A DNA stretch of 59,271 nucleotides from Verrucomicrobia bacterium UBA1319 (lineage in GTDB: Bacteria; Verrucomicrobiota; Verrucomicrobiia; Limisphaerales; UBA1319). Positions 46,671 through 55,924 of the stretch are shown here, piece by piece (position 1 is the stretch's first letter; the number at the start of each line of letters is the position of its first letter). The stretch lies in the NCBI GenBank assembly GCA_002306985.1, contig DBTJ01000116.1, positions 68 to 59,338 on the forward strand. Direction: 5' to 3'. The position numbers and the translations under genes were made by a program. The notes under the pieces are model-generated. The model ran no database searches and was not told the origin of the DNA. It saw only the letters and a program-made list of their open reading frames with translations.

Positions 46671-46688
46671 TTTCGATGCCTTGGAATT

Positions 46689-47462
46689 ATGAACAACGCG
46701 CTCGCAATTTCGACGATCGTCATTAAGGAGCTTAGCCGCCGGAAGGATTTCTACGTCTTGTTCATCATGACGGCTATCATCACCTTATTGATGGGATCGG
46801 TGAATTTCTTCAATCTGCAGGGAATTTCGAAATATCTCAAAGAGATCTGCCTTTTGCTGATCTGGATTTCCTCGCTGGCGATCGCTTTGGCGACCACCGC
46901 GCGTCAAATTCCCGCGGAGCGTGAAAACCGGACCATTTTCCCTTTGTTGGCCAAGCCGGTGACGCGCTGGGAGGTGGTGGTCGGCAAATTCCTGGGTTGC
47001 TGGTTCGCTTGTGGCTTGGCCTTGGGACTCTTCTATTTGTTTTTCGGCGCGCTGGCTTTGACCCGCGAGGGGCAGTTTCAATTGGGCGGGGTGTTCCAAG
47101 CATGGTGGCTGCATTGGTCGATGCTCGCGATTGTGGTGGCGATGACCTTGCTGGGGTCGGTGGTCTTTGCCGCCCCTTCTTCGAATGTGACCATCGTGTT
47201 TTTGGGGGTGGCTAGCATTCTATTATTAGGGCGTTATCTGCATAAGATCGCCGTTTCCATGACTGAGCCCGGGCAAACGTTGCTCTCGATTTGCTACTTC
47301 GCCATGCCGCACCTGGAGTTTTTCGATGTGCGCGACACGCTGATTCACGAATGGTCCGTTCCCTGGTGGGCTTGTGGCGTCGCTTCGCTATACGCGTGCT
47401 GTTACACATTGTTTTTCCTGGTCGCCACCTGGGTCGTTTTTCGCCGCCAGGCTTTAAACTAG
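46689..47462 (+). CDS. ABC-2 type transporter permease
   Basis: Six TMs; ERENRTIFPLLAKPVTRWEVVVGKFLG. Confidence 0.9.
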   Translation: MNNALAISTIVIKELSRRKDFYVLFIMTAIITLLMGSVNFFNLQGISKYLKEICLLLIWISSLAIALATTARQIPAERENRTIFPLLAKPVTRWEVVVGKFLGCWFACGLALGLFYLFFGALALTREGQFQLGGVFQAWWLHWSMLAIVVAMTLLGSVVFAAPSSNVTIVFLGVASILLLGRYLHKIAVSMTEPGQTLLSICYFAMPHLEFFDVRDTLIHEWSVPWWACGVASLYACCYTLFFLVATWVVFRRQALN

Positions 47463-47481
47463 CCCATATGGAAAACCCGCC

Positions 47482-48426
47482 ATGAATGCCGATACTTACA
47501 GCGGCCAACACCGGCCGCCTGCGGCGGCTGGTTGGCTCCTGGCCCTGCTGCTGGCGGGCGGGTTCACCCTGGCTACCAGTTTACAATTATGGTTTCAGAA
47601 TTGGTCCGGTAACCGGCTCAACGCGGAGAGTCTGATCGACGTATTGCTGGGCGATAGCCGCCGCCTGTTTGCCAATCACTTTTTTGTGGAGGCGGACGTG
47701 TATTTGCACGCGGGTTATTATCCCAGTATTTTCGATCAAGTCCCCGCTAGGGGAAAACTCAAAGTAGCGGCCAACGACGCCCATGCCGAGGAGGACGAGA
47801 AGGAGCACGGCAAGGCGGGGCATGAGCACCATGACGAGAAGGATGATTTACCCGATTTCATGAGCACGCCGAAAAATTGGATCGAGCGTTTCGGTCGCAA
47901 TTTCTATCCCACCGAACACCGGCACATGGAAAGCAAAAAGGACGTCGCCGAAATTCTTCCCTGGCTGGCGATGTCCGCCAAACTCGATCCGCATCGGATC
48001 GAAACGATTACGGTTACGGCTTTTTGGCTGCGCAAGCACCTGGGGCGGGTTCAAGAAGCGTTGGATTTGCTCCGTGTCGGCCTGCGGGATAATCCCGATA
48101 ATGTGGAAATCATGTATGAACTAGGCTTGGTGTATTACGATGGCTTTCATGATACCGTGCGAGCTAGAAATTTATGGGAAGCGGCCTTAGCTAGATGGAA
48201 AGAGCATGCGGCCAAAGAGGATAATCCCGATCGGCTTATGCTGGGCAAAATCCTCACTTTTTTGGCGGATTTGGAAGAGAAAGATGGCCATCCAGACATG
48301 GTGCTGAAGTATTTAGAAATACTGAAAACCACTTCCCCCTTTCGGGATACCATTCAGCATCGCATCGATGGTTTGCGGAAGGCGCAGGCGGCGAACGAAA
48401 AACCCAGCGGTTCCCTGGCAAAATAA
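47482..48426 (+). CDS. Membrane-anchored TPR protein with His/acidic-rich loop
   Basis: N-terminal TM, EADVYLHAGYYP, HAEEDEKEHGKAGHEHHDE, TPR-like helices. Confidence 0.75.
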   Translation: MNADTYSGQHRPPAAAGWLLALLLAGGFTLATSLQLWFQNWSGNRLNAESLIDVLLGDSRRLFANHFFVEADVYLHAGYYPSIFDQVPARGKLKVAANDAHAEEDEKEHGKAGHEHHDEKDDLPDFMSTPKNWIERFGRNFYPTEHRHMESKKDVAEILPWLAMSAKLDPHRIETITVTAFWLRKHLGRVQEALDLLRVGLRDNPDNVEIMYELGLVYYDGFHDTVRARNLWEAALARWKEHAAKEDNPDRLMLGKILTFLADLEEKDGHPDMVLKYLEILKTTSPFRDTIQHRIDGLRKAQAANEKPSGSLAK

Positions 48427-48587
48427 TGCTCGGCGGCTTCGCGGACCCGAGCTTGGTTTGTAGGCGCTACGGCTAAGCGGCTAGGCGCGCCAGCCGCTTT
48501 CCCAGGCCGCTTCCGTTGGGATTAGAATAAGGGGTGCGCCGCGTGCTTGCTTTTAAGCTTCTTGGGGTAAGCGCGGACTCCTAATCA

Positions 48588-49112
48588 TCAGGTTTCTTGC
48601 GCCCCGGAAGCTTTAGGAGAGCCCGATTTCATTTGGCCAGCCAGATACCCTTCGACATACAGCAAATTCGCTTCTCCGGCGCGTTGGATCATTTTCAGCA
48701 AGGTTTCCATGCTCGAGACTTCTTCCACTTGCTCGTTGATGAACCAATTCAAAAAGCTTTGCGAGGCAAAATCGGTTTCTTTAAGGCTTAACTCCATCAA
48801 ACCGTTGATTTGCTGGGTGACTTTTTTCTCCCAGCCGACCGATAGGGCAACCGCCTCTTCAGCGCTTTTAAAGCCGCTTTTAGGCGCGGGAATCGCGGGG
48901 ATTTCGACCGCGCCCCCGGCGTCCAGAATGTACTTTACGAATTTCAAGGCATGCGTGCGTTCCTCATCCGCTTGCTGGGCGAAGCGCGCCGCCAAAATGG
49001 GCAGACATTCACCGGTGAAATAGGAGGCGATGGCGGTGTATTGAATGGAAGCGCCGAATTCGTGTCCAATTTGCCCGTTCAGGGCGGCGTTCATGGTTTT
49101 GCTAATGATCAT
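48588..49112 (-). CDS. ftnA: Non-heme ferritin
   Basis: LNGQIGHEF, EERTHALK, WEKKVT, FLNWFINEQVEE ferroxidase motifs. Confidence 0.9.
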   Translation of the reverse strand: MIISKTMNAALNGQIGHEFGASIQYTAIASYFTGECLPILAARFAQQADEERTHALKFVKYILDAGGAVEIPAIPAPKSGFKSAEEAVALSVGWEKKVTQQINGLMELSLKETDFASQSFLNWFINEQVEEVSSMETLLKMIQRAGEANLLYVEGYLAGQMKSGSPKASGAQET

Positions 49113-49197
49113 AAGTTGGTATAATATTCAATCGGTTAAACAGCTGCGGCATTATTCTACCACGGGTTGCGCAAATCACAAGGCGACCCGGACCGAT

Positions 49198-50289
49198 TTA
49201 TGCCACTAAATGGTATTCGTTGTCGCGCTGGCGGGGTTCGTAGCCTAGATCTTGGATTAACCGGCGCATATCCGCCACCGACATACGATACGAGGCGCCC
49301 GCTTGGGCCACGACGTTCTCTTCGATCATGATGCTGCCCAGGTCATTGGCGCCGTATTTCAAGGCAATCTGGCCAATGGCGGGGCCTTGCGTAACCCAGG
49401 AGCTTTGCACGTTCCGAAAGTTATCGAGGTAAATCCGGCTCATCGCCTGCGTTTTCAAGTAGTCGTGAGCCCCTACGGTGGGCGCTTTCAAACGGGTGTT
49501 CTCCGATTGAAAGGTCCACGCGATAAACGCCGTGAATCCTCCGGTTTTGTCTTGTTGCGCGCGCACGCGGTCCAAATGCTCGATGCGGTCTTCCAAAGTT
49601 TCGACATGGCCGAACATCATCGTCGCGGTGGTTTTAAAACCCAGCCGATGGGCGGAGTCCATAACCCCCAGCCAATCGTCGCTTTTCGCCTTGAGCGGTG
49701 AGATGCGCTGGCGCACCCGATCGACCAGGATTTCGCCGCCGCCACCTGGAATCGAGCCGAGGCCCGCGGCGCGAAATTGCGCGAGGATCTCGCCCAACGG
49801 CAGTTGGAATACTTCCTGGAAATGCACAAATTCGCTGGGGCTGAAGCCGTGCACATTCAGTTGTGGATACTTGGCCTTTAAGTGTGATAGCAGGTCCAGA
49901 TACCAGGCCAGGGTCAGCTTGGGGTGATGCCCCCCTTGCAACAAAATTTGGGTCCCCCCTTGAGCGAGCGTCTCCTCCACTTTGCGATCCAGTTCTTCAA
50001 GCGAAATAACGTAGGCGTCCGCGTCTTTTTCCACCCGGTAAAAGGCGCAGAATTTGCAGTACACGTTACAGATGTTCGTGTAATTGATATTCCGGTCGAC
50101 GATGTAGGTCACAATCTCGTTGCCGCGCCCGTCAAAATCGGCGGCTTTGGCCAGTTCGCGTCGGCGGTTAGCCAGACAGCCCAGTTCTTCCAAGGGCCAA
50201 TCAAACATGCGGCGGGCCTCCAGACGGGAGATGCGTTCGCCGTCCCAAGCTTTCTGTCGCAACGAGTCTAAAGTTGTTTCATCGCTCAC
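49198..50289 (-). CDS. mqnC: Cyclic dehypoxanthinyl futalosine synthase (radical SAM)
   Basis: VTYIVDRNINYTNICNVYCKFCAF (CxxxCxxC), LQGGHHP, TATMMFGHVET, SSWVTQG, GSIMIEENVV. Confidence 0.9.
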   Translation of the reverse strand: MSDETTLDSLRQKAWDGERISRLEARRMFDWPLEELGCLANRRRELAKAADFDGRGNEIVTYIVDRNINYTNICNVYCKFCAFYRVEKDADAYVISLEELDRKVEETLAQGGTQILLQGGHHPKLTLAWYLDLLSHLKAKYPQLNVHGFSPSEFVHFQEVFQLPLGEILAQFRAAGLGSIPGGGGEILVDRVRQRISPLKAKSDDWLGVMDSAHRLGFKTTATMMFGHVETLEDRIEHLDRVRAQQDKTGGFTAFIAWTFQSENTRLKAPTVGAHDYLKTQAMSRIYLDNFRNVQSSWVTQGPAIGQIALKYGANDLGSIMIEENVVAQAGASYRMSVADMRRLIQDLGYEPRQRDNEYHLVA

Positions 50290-50416
50290 GCTGAAAAGGT
50301 AACGGTTTTTTTCGCAAAGGCAAAAGTTTGTGTTTATTATGTGTAATTAGTTAATGGAAAGGATAATACGAGGTGCGTGACAAATGGGGGCGGATCCGGC
50401 TATAATAGCTCCGCTT

Positions 50417-51013
50417 ATGAGTGCTTTGCAGATGAATCGAGATACACGAGAGACAACTTGCCGGGTTTCACCCCTCAGCTTTAAATCGATAAAAGCTTGG
50501 TTAGCGGGCGGCCTCTGTCTAGTCGCAACCTGGAATGGAATGGCGGAAGAGTTTTCCTGGGACTCCGTCGGCGCGCGCGCCGGTTTTTCCATCACCAGCT
50601 TTTCGCATCCCTTTGTGCAATCGGAGGCGTATAGTCTATGGAACCTTCCTTGGACTGTCCACATGGGTACCAACTGGTCGCTGAAACCGAAGTTGGAGCT
50701 GACCTTAGGCGGTTTGACGGGCCATAGTGACGCATCGTTTGTGGGCACCGTTGGGCCGACCTTGGAACTGCGCCATCAAAAATGCCCGGTATACTTGACG
50801 GGCGGCTCGCATCCCACGATTTTGAGCCGCGACACGTTTGGTGATCGCGATATGGGCTGTCTTTTCGAGTTTACCAGCCATCTCGGTTTAGGTTGGGATA
50901 TCACCGAAAAGTGGAATGTGGAATACCGCTTTCAGCACATGTCCAACGCGGGATTGGGATCGTCCAATCCCGGTCTGAACATGAATTTAATTGGCGTGGG
51001 CTATCGGTTTTAG
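50417..51013 (+). CDS. pagL: Lipid A 3-O-deacylase (PagL / acyloxyacyl hydrolase family) outer-membrane beta-barrel
   Basis: FEFTSHLGLG, YRFQHMSNAGLGSSNPGLN catalytic His-Ser motif, terminal YRF. The start is uncertain. Confidence 0.85.
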   Translation: MSALQMNRDTRETTCRVSPLSFKSIKAWLAGGLCLVATWNGMAEEFSWDSVGARAGFSITSFSHPFVQSEAYSLWNLPWTVHMGTNWSLKPKLELTLGGLTGHSDASFVGTVGPTLELRHQKCPVYLTGGSHPTILSRDTFGDRDMGCLFEFTSHLGLGWDITEKWNVEYRFQHMSNAGLGSSNPGLNMNLIGVGYRF

Positions 51014-51026
51014 CCGTCCGGCGGGC

Positions 51027-52106
51027 CTAAATATGCCCGCTTTGCGCCAGATATTCCGCCACCAAGATGGCGCCTTTCGCGGCGCCCATTTTGGTGTTGT
51101 GCGATACCAGCACGTATTTGATGCCGTTGACCAGCGCCGGATCGGTTCGGACGCGTCCCACCGTAGTCACCATCCCGCCGCCGGCATCCCGGTCGCGTCG
51201 CGGTTGAGGCCGGAAGGGGTCTTCCGTGACTTCGATTAAATGCGCGGGCGCCGAAGGCAGGCCTAACGCCAGGAAATCCGCCCCAAATTGGCGCCAGGCG
51301 CTTTTAACTTCCTCAATCGCGACTGGGCGTTCAAGCGATACGTATACCACCTCCGTATGCCCCTCCAAGACGGGGACCCGGGTACAGGTCGCCGATACGG
51401 GAAAAGCCGCCGGTTCGATGCGGTTCTCCACGATTTGACCCAGGATTTTCTGGGTTTCCCGCTGCACTTTCTCCTCTTCTTTGGGGATGTAGGGAATGAC
51501 ATTGTCGATAATATCCAAGGCCACTACTCCGGGGGAGCGTCCGGCGCCGGAACACGCTTGCAGCGACGTCATGAGCACTTGCCGGATGCCAAACGCGGCC
51601 TGCAACGGTTTTAAGGTCATTGCCATGCCCATGGTGGTACAATTAGGCACGGGCGTGATGAATCCCCGCCAGTCGCGGTTTTTCCGCTGCACCGCCAGCA
51701 GTTCCGCGTGGCTTTGGTTAACCCCGGGGATGAAGATGGGCACATCTTCCTCATATCGATACGCGCTGGCGGTCGAAATGACCGGCGTGGCGCGGGCAAA
51801 GCGGGGTTCCAACTCGCGCGCCGCGTCGGATTCGACGGCCGCGAAGACGAGATCCACCGTGGTGGGATCGAATTGCGCCGCATCCAAGACTTTCATGCGG
51901 GCGAATTCCGCCGCGAGCGGTTCGGCGCAAAACCATTGGCAGGCGCCCGCTTCGCTCGTGATCGCTTGCGTGAAGGTCTTGCCCGCCGACCGGGGCGAGG
52001 CCGCCAAAGTGGTAATTTCGAAATAAGGATGGCCGCTAAGGGACGCCAGAAACTGTTGCCCGGCCACTCCCGTGGCGCCAACGACCGCGACTTTTAGTTT
52101 ACGCAT
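51027..52106 (-). CDS. asd: Aspartate-semialdehyde dehydrogenase (archaeal/fungal-like type)
   Basis: VGATGVAGQQF, PNCTT catalytic Cys, QACSGAG, PYIPKEEEK, CTRVPVLEGH, PQPRRDRD, SHNTKMGAAKG. Confidence 0.95.
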   Translation of the reverse strand: MRKLKVAVVGATGVAGQQFLASLSGHPYFEITTLAASPRSAGKTFTQAITSEAGACQWFCAEPLAAEFARMKVLDAAQFDPTTVDLVFAAVESDAARELEPRFARATPVISTASAYRYEEDVPIFIPGVNQSHAELLAVQRKNRDWRGFITPVPNCTTMGMAMTLKPLQAAFGIRQVLMTSLQACSGAGRSPGVVALDIIDNVIPYIPKEEEKVQRETQKILGQIVENRIEPAAFPVSATCTRVPVLEGHTEVVYVSLERPVAIEEVKSAWRQFGADFLALGLPSAPAHLIEVTEDPFRPQPRRDRDAGGGMVTTVGRVRTDPALVNGIKYVLVSHNTKMGAAKGAILVAEYLAQSGHI

Positions 52107-52124
52107 AGGTTTTTGCTTGGAGAT

Positions 52125-52165
52125 AAACAAAAAACCCCGCCACCGTATTCGGGTGGCGGGGTTTT
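52125..52165 (-). terminator. Attenuator terminator upstream of asd
   Basis: Perfect 10-bp GC stem CCCCGCCACC / GGTGGCGGGG plus UUUUUUGUUU, ending 18 nt before the asd ATG. Confidence 0.9.
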
Positions 52166-52185
52166 GAAATCTCTCAGGTTTGGTT

Positions 52186-52281
52186 CTAAGTTCTTTCAGC
52201 CTGCCGACCGAAGACGAGGGTGGTCTTAGTCGTAGTCTTAGTAGTTTTAGTGTTGGTTTTGCTGGTCAAAAGGCGAGTCAT
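52186..52281 (-). CDS. Thr/Lys-rich attenuator leader peptide of asd
   Basis: MTRLLTSKTNTKTTKTTTKTTLVFGRQAERT* (31 aa, 12 Thr, 4 Lys), directly upstream of the terminator. Confidence 0.85.
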   Translation of the reverse strand: MTRLLTSKTNTKTTKTTTKTTLVFGRQAERT

Positions 52282-52427
52282 CGAAACCACAAAGCAGCCC
52301 TCGGCTTTCGTAGTGTACGAAAACCCTGCCATCATAACTGACTCGTTTGGTCGCATCAACCAGCCTTACTTTTACCTCTTACGGCAAGAACTGCAAATGC
52401 TTTTATTTTTGTGCATTCGCAAAAGGT

Positions 52428-53303
52428 TCATTGGAGCCCTTTAATCGCCACGGCATTCTGAAGTTTGATGAGGTCTTGGGTTGTGTCGATCCCCGCAACT
52501 TTGACAGGTTCATCCCAATCCTGTTCCCGGTTTAAACTACGGAATCTCCAGATTTCGGCATGGCCATCGGCGAAGGACCACTCGCAAGCTTGGGCATGTC
52601 TGATGGAAGGAGAGTTTTGCCAATTTAAGGTTCCTGGAGGTTTGGTGGCAAAAAAGCCATCGTCGATGCATAGGTAACTCTCCTCGATGAAAACAAACGC
52701 CTCCGATGGACCTGGATGGGTGATGTCTGTAGTCTTTATCCGTATCGGGTATTGAGTACCTAAAATAGATGTTTGGTCGCTGTGAGCGCCCATACGGCCC
52801 GACATGGAGTAACTTCTCACTCGAGGTAGGCCTTGTTTCAAGTTTGGAGGATTTTTGACATCTCGTGGGCATTTGTAGATCGCTGCAGAGCTGTTATAAG
52901 GATAAAGCTTTCCTTGCATGATTACATTAATGTTGGTGGCGTCCGGCATGAGGTTAATATTCCCATTAATCCAGGCATTGGAGCTATCTAACCAGTTAAG
53001 GACAACTCGGTCATTATAATCGTTAGCATACATCATCCAAGAAAGGGTGAGTTGCTTCAAATTGCTCATGCAATAGGTGTTGTTAGCCTTAGCCTTGGCT
53101 TTGCTCAAGGCCGGCAGGAGCATGCCCGCCAAAATGGCGATGATGGCGATGACGACCAGCAATTCGATTAGGGTAAAAGCGCGGGCGAGGCGTGCGCTTG
53201 ATGCTCGACAGCTTCTTGGCGTGCTGTTGGGCGATGGGGCGAGCCGGGTAACAGAAGAATTGCTCCGCTCATCGGCTGCGACGAGATTTGCTTGTGTTTT
53301 CAT
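52428..53303 (-). CDS. Prepilin-type N-terminal cleavage/methylation protein with H-X9-DG motif
   Basis: [54 protein letters not shown]. Confidence 0.92.
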   Translation of the reverse strand: MKTQANLVAADERSNSSVTRLAPSPNSTPRSCRASSARLARAFTLIELLVVIAIIAILAGMLLPALSKAKAKANNTYCMSNLKQLTLSWMMYANDYNDRVVLNWLDSSNAWINGNINLMPDATNINVIMQGKLYPYNSSAAIYKCPRDVKNPPNLKQGLPRVRSYSMSGRMGAHSDQTSILGTQYPIRIKTTDITHPGPSEAFVFIEESYLCIDDGFFATKPPGTLNWQNSPSIRHAQACEWSFADGHAEIWRFRSLNREQDWDEPVKVAGIDTTQDLIKLQNAVAIKGLQ

Positions 53304-53714
53304 GGTGCTGTGTGGATCTGCTTTAATAAAGCACACAAAAGAAGGTTTGTCCTTTACGATCTCGCCAATGATTAGCACGAAAATGCCAGGTCTCATGAAG
53401 GAGAAATTAGGGCTAAATCTTGAATTTAATAAAATGTAAGTGATTAATAAGCAGATATATAAAAAACGGATAACTGTGTTTTAGCCGCTCCACAATGGAC
53501 GCGAATTCTGGACAAGCTTGCCTGTGTCATTTGAGCGCACAGGGGATGGGATTGAGATGGTGAAAGCCGGATTACTCATGGCAACCCTCGAAGCAACGTG
53601 GCCAAGGCGAGTTCCGCGAGTCGCCGATTTGCTGGTATAGCATTGACGCTTCACCGCCGAAAACGCAGACTGGAATGAAATTAGGTAAACAATTTAAACA
53701 GGATTGGAGTCAAC

Positions 53715-54437
53715 TTGGGCGCCCAATGGAAACAAGCCGGTCGTGAGGCCAATGCGCAGAAGCGCGGCCAGATGGTGGTCAAACTCACGCGTGAAATCAT
53801 GGTGGCCGCGAAATTGGGAGGGCCGGACCCGGACCTCAACGCGCGGTTGCTAGCCGCGGTGGAAAAAGCGCGGAAAAGCTCGGTTACTCGCGAAACCATC
53901 GAACGCGCCATCAAGAAAGGCGCTGGCTTGACCGAGGAGAAGATCGCCTTCGAATTGGTCACTTACGAGGGGTTTGGCCCGCATAAAGTGCCGGTGGTCG
54001 TGGAATGCCTCACGGAAAATCGCAATCGCACGGCGCCCGAAATTCGCAATTTATTCAAGGCCGGTTCTATGGGCCAACCGGGCAGCGTGGCCTTTTTCTT
54101 CAACCACGTGGGGGTGGTCGAAGCGACGCATGCCGAGAAGGGGCGCGATTCCGAGAGCGACGCCATTGAAGCAGGCGCGCAGGAAGTCGAGGAACTGGAG
54201 GCGGCCGAAGTGCCCGAAGGTCGCCAGGGGGCGCGCTTTATCACGGAAATCAAAGAGTTGGACGCGGTCACCAAGGCACTTAAGACGGCTGGCTGGACCA
54301 TTGTCTCCTCCGAAATGCGCTATGTGGCCAAGAGTTTTCCCGAACTGAGCGAAGCCCACCATAAGGAAGTCGCCGATTTTCTGAATGCCATCGACGATCA
54401 CGACGATGTGCATCGAGTCTATGCCGCTTTAAAATAG
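53715..54437 (+). CDS. YebC/PmpR family protein
   Basis: TTG start after GGAG; KLTREIMVAAKLGGPDPDLNARL, TYEGFGP, LTENRNRT, DDHDDVHRVY. Confidence 0.93.
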   Translation: MGAQWKQAGREANAQKRGQMVVKLTREIMVAAKLGGPDPDLNARLLAAVEKARKSSVTRETIERAIKKGAGLTEEKIAFELVTYEGFGPHKVPVVVECLTENRNRTAPEIRNLFKAGSMGQPGSVAFFFNHVGVVEATHAEKGRDSESDAIEAGAQEVEELEAAEVPEGRQGARFITEIKELDAVTKALKTAGWTIVSSEMRYVAKSFPELSEAHHKEVADFLNAIDDHDDVHRVYAALK

Positions 54438-54493
54438 ACGGGTCGGCGTTTACCGCCGACTGATCGACGAAAAGCTGATCAGCCGTTTGGGAG

Positions 54494-54979
54494 TTAGGCG
54501 CCCAATTTGCCGAGTTCGGCTTGCAGCAGCAACTGAAATTCCTCAACGTCTTGCGGCGAGGGACGATAGCCGGGCGTTTTGGCGCCCAAGCCCAGCCGCC
54601 CCATTTGATCGAGCATCCAGGTGGCGGTATTACCATCGCTAAAGGTCACTCCACCGCTAATCAACGATCCCGATCGCGGGAGGGTATCCACGGAAATGGT
54701 TACTTTGCCAGCGCCCGCGGGAACGGCATCGCTCAAATCCGTTTCCGCGTCAGCCGGGCTCGTTTTTTCCGCGGCGGGAGGCTCCACCGGAGTGGCGGGT
54801 TTGGGCGGCGGCGTGGGATCCTTTGGGCTGAGCTTCAGGTCATCCACGAGGAGCCGGGCTTCCAAGTAAGTCATCTTCAGGCCGAAATCCTGCTCCAAAC
54901 GCTTTTGGATTCCGGAAAGTTTTTGCCCTTCTTCGATCCACTGCCGCACCTTGTGTTTTTGCGCCTCGTCCAAATTCAT
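54494..54979 (-). CDS. Hypothetical protein (helical N-terminus, Pro-rich linker, beta C-terminus)
   Basis: MNLDEAQKHKVRQWIEEG...MTYLEARLLVDDL; SGGVTFSDG..ATWMLDQMGRLGL; non-overlapping gene slot. Confidence 0.75.
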   Translation of the reverse strand: MNLDEAQKHKVRQWIEEGQKLSGIQKRLEQDFGLKMTYLEARLLVDDLKLSPKDPTPPPKPATPVEPPAAEKTSPADAETDLSDAVPAGAGKVTISVDTLPRSGSLISGGVTFSDGNTATWMLDQMGRLGLGAKTPGYRPSPQDVEEFQLLLQAELGKLGA

Positions 54980-55075
54980 GGGCGGATTATGCCATAACAT
55001 TTAGGCATGACAAATGATTATCTGACGAATAACCCATTCTCCAACGACCGGGCGAGGCGTGGCGGCCGACCGGCG

Positions 55076-55576
55076 CTAATAGTCGTATAAGCCGCTGTCA
55101 TGGGTGTATTCACCACCGCCCGAGGCGTGACCGCCCAGTCCATCCATGGCTCCGCCTAAAAGATCGCCCATATCGGCCTCGATCTTTTCCGGGTCTTCTC
55201 CGGCTTCCAGCCGTTTGATGGCAATCTCGAACTCTTTGGGCATGGCTCCCGCAGGCATAAGCTCCTTCATTTTTTTCATCATGTGGGCCATATGCTTGGG
55301 ATTATTCTCGTCGAGTTGCTCCATGTCGCGCTCGATTTCGCCCATGGCGCGCAGCACCCGGGGATCGTCCATATCCGGCAGGGGCGGCTGTTCCTGGCCG
55401 TCGGTGGCGGACGCGGGCTCTTTGGCGCCTCGCGGCGCCGCAAAGCGGCTCATTTGGCGGGCCAATTTGGGGTTGCCGCATTTGGGGCAAACCGGCAGAC
55501 GGCCGGGTTGGATGCGCTTGGACAAAAAATTAAAAATGACCCGGCATTTCGGGCAAGCATACTCGTAGATTGGCAT
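55076..55576 (-). CDS. FmdB-family zinc ribbon protein
   Basis: MPIYEYACPKC...CPKCG...RQMSRF with a Met-rich C-terminus. Confidence 0.88.
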   Translation of the reverse strand: MPIYEYACPKCRVIFNFLSKRIQPGRLPVCPKCGNPKLARQMSRFAAPRGAKEPASATDGQEQPPLPDMDDPRVLRAMGEIERDMEQLDENNPKHMAHMMKKMKELMPAGAMPKEFEIAIKRLEAGEDPEKIEADMGDLLGGAMDGLGGHASGGGEYTHDSGLYDY

Positions 55577-55924
55577 ACTCCGTAATCCTAGCAAAACCTT
55601 CGCTCTTTTACGGATATTAATATGCGATAGGACGAAAATACTGTAAAGCGCCATGATAGCCAGCGGCGGGCCGCCGGATTCGCCGGGTGGCCGAACCCTT
55701 TCGGATGGATGGTTTACGCTTTCCCTGGAATCGGAGATTGCCTAGATTGATAGCCAAGCGTTGTCAAAAAAGTCCGATGTTGCCGGTAAATCAGGGTTTA
55801 CATAAGGGTTAACGCGCCGGCTCCGTTTGGCTTTGGTGACAAGTTCCGCTTGAGGCGGTCTAAATTACGAAGGGATCGAAATTCTTTTGCGCGGTCCTAA
55901 ACTGCGCTGGCCTGGCGTAACCTT

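Noticed and set aside
52220-52444. Val-rich plus-strand ORF (MVLVVVLVVLV...) as a membrane peptide or toxin
   Set aside because: It is the antisense shadow of the Thr/Lys leader codons; the terminator polarity and asd orientation favour the minus strand.
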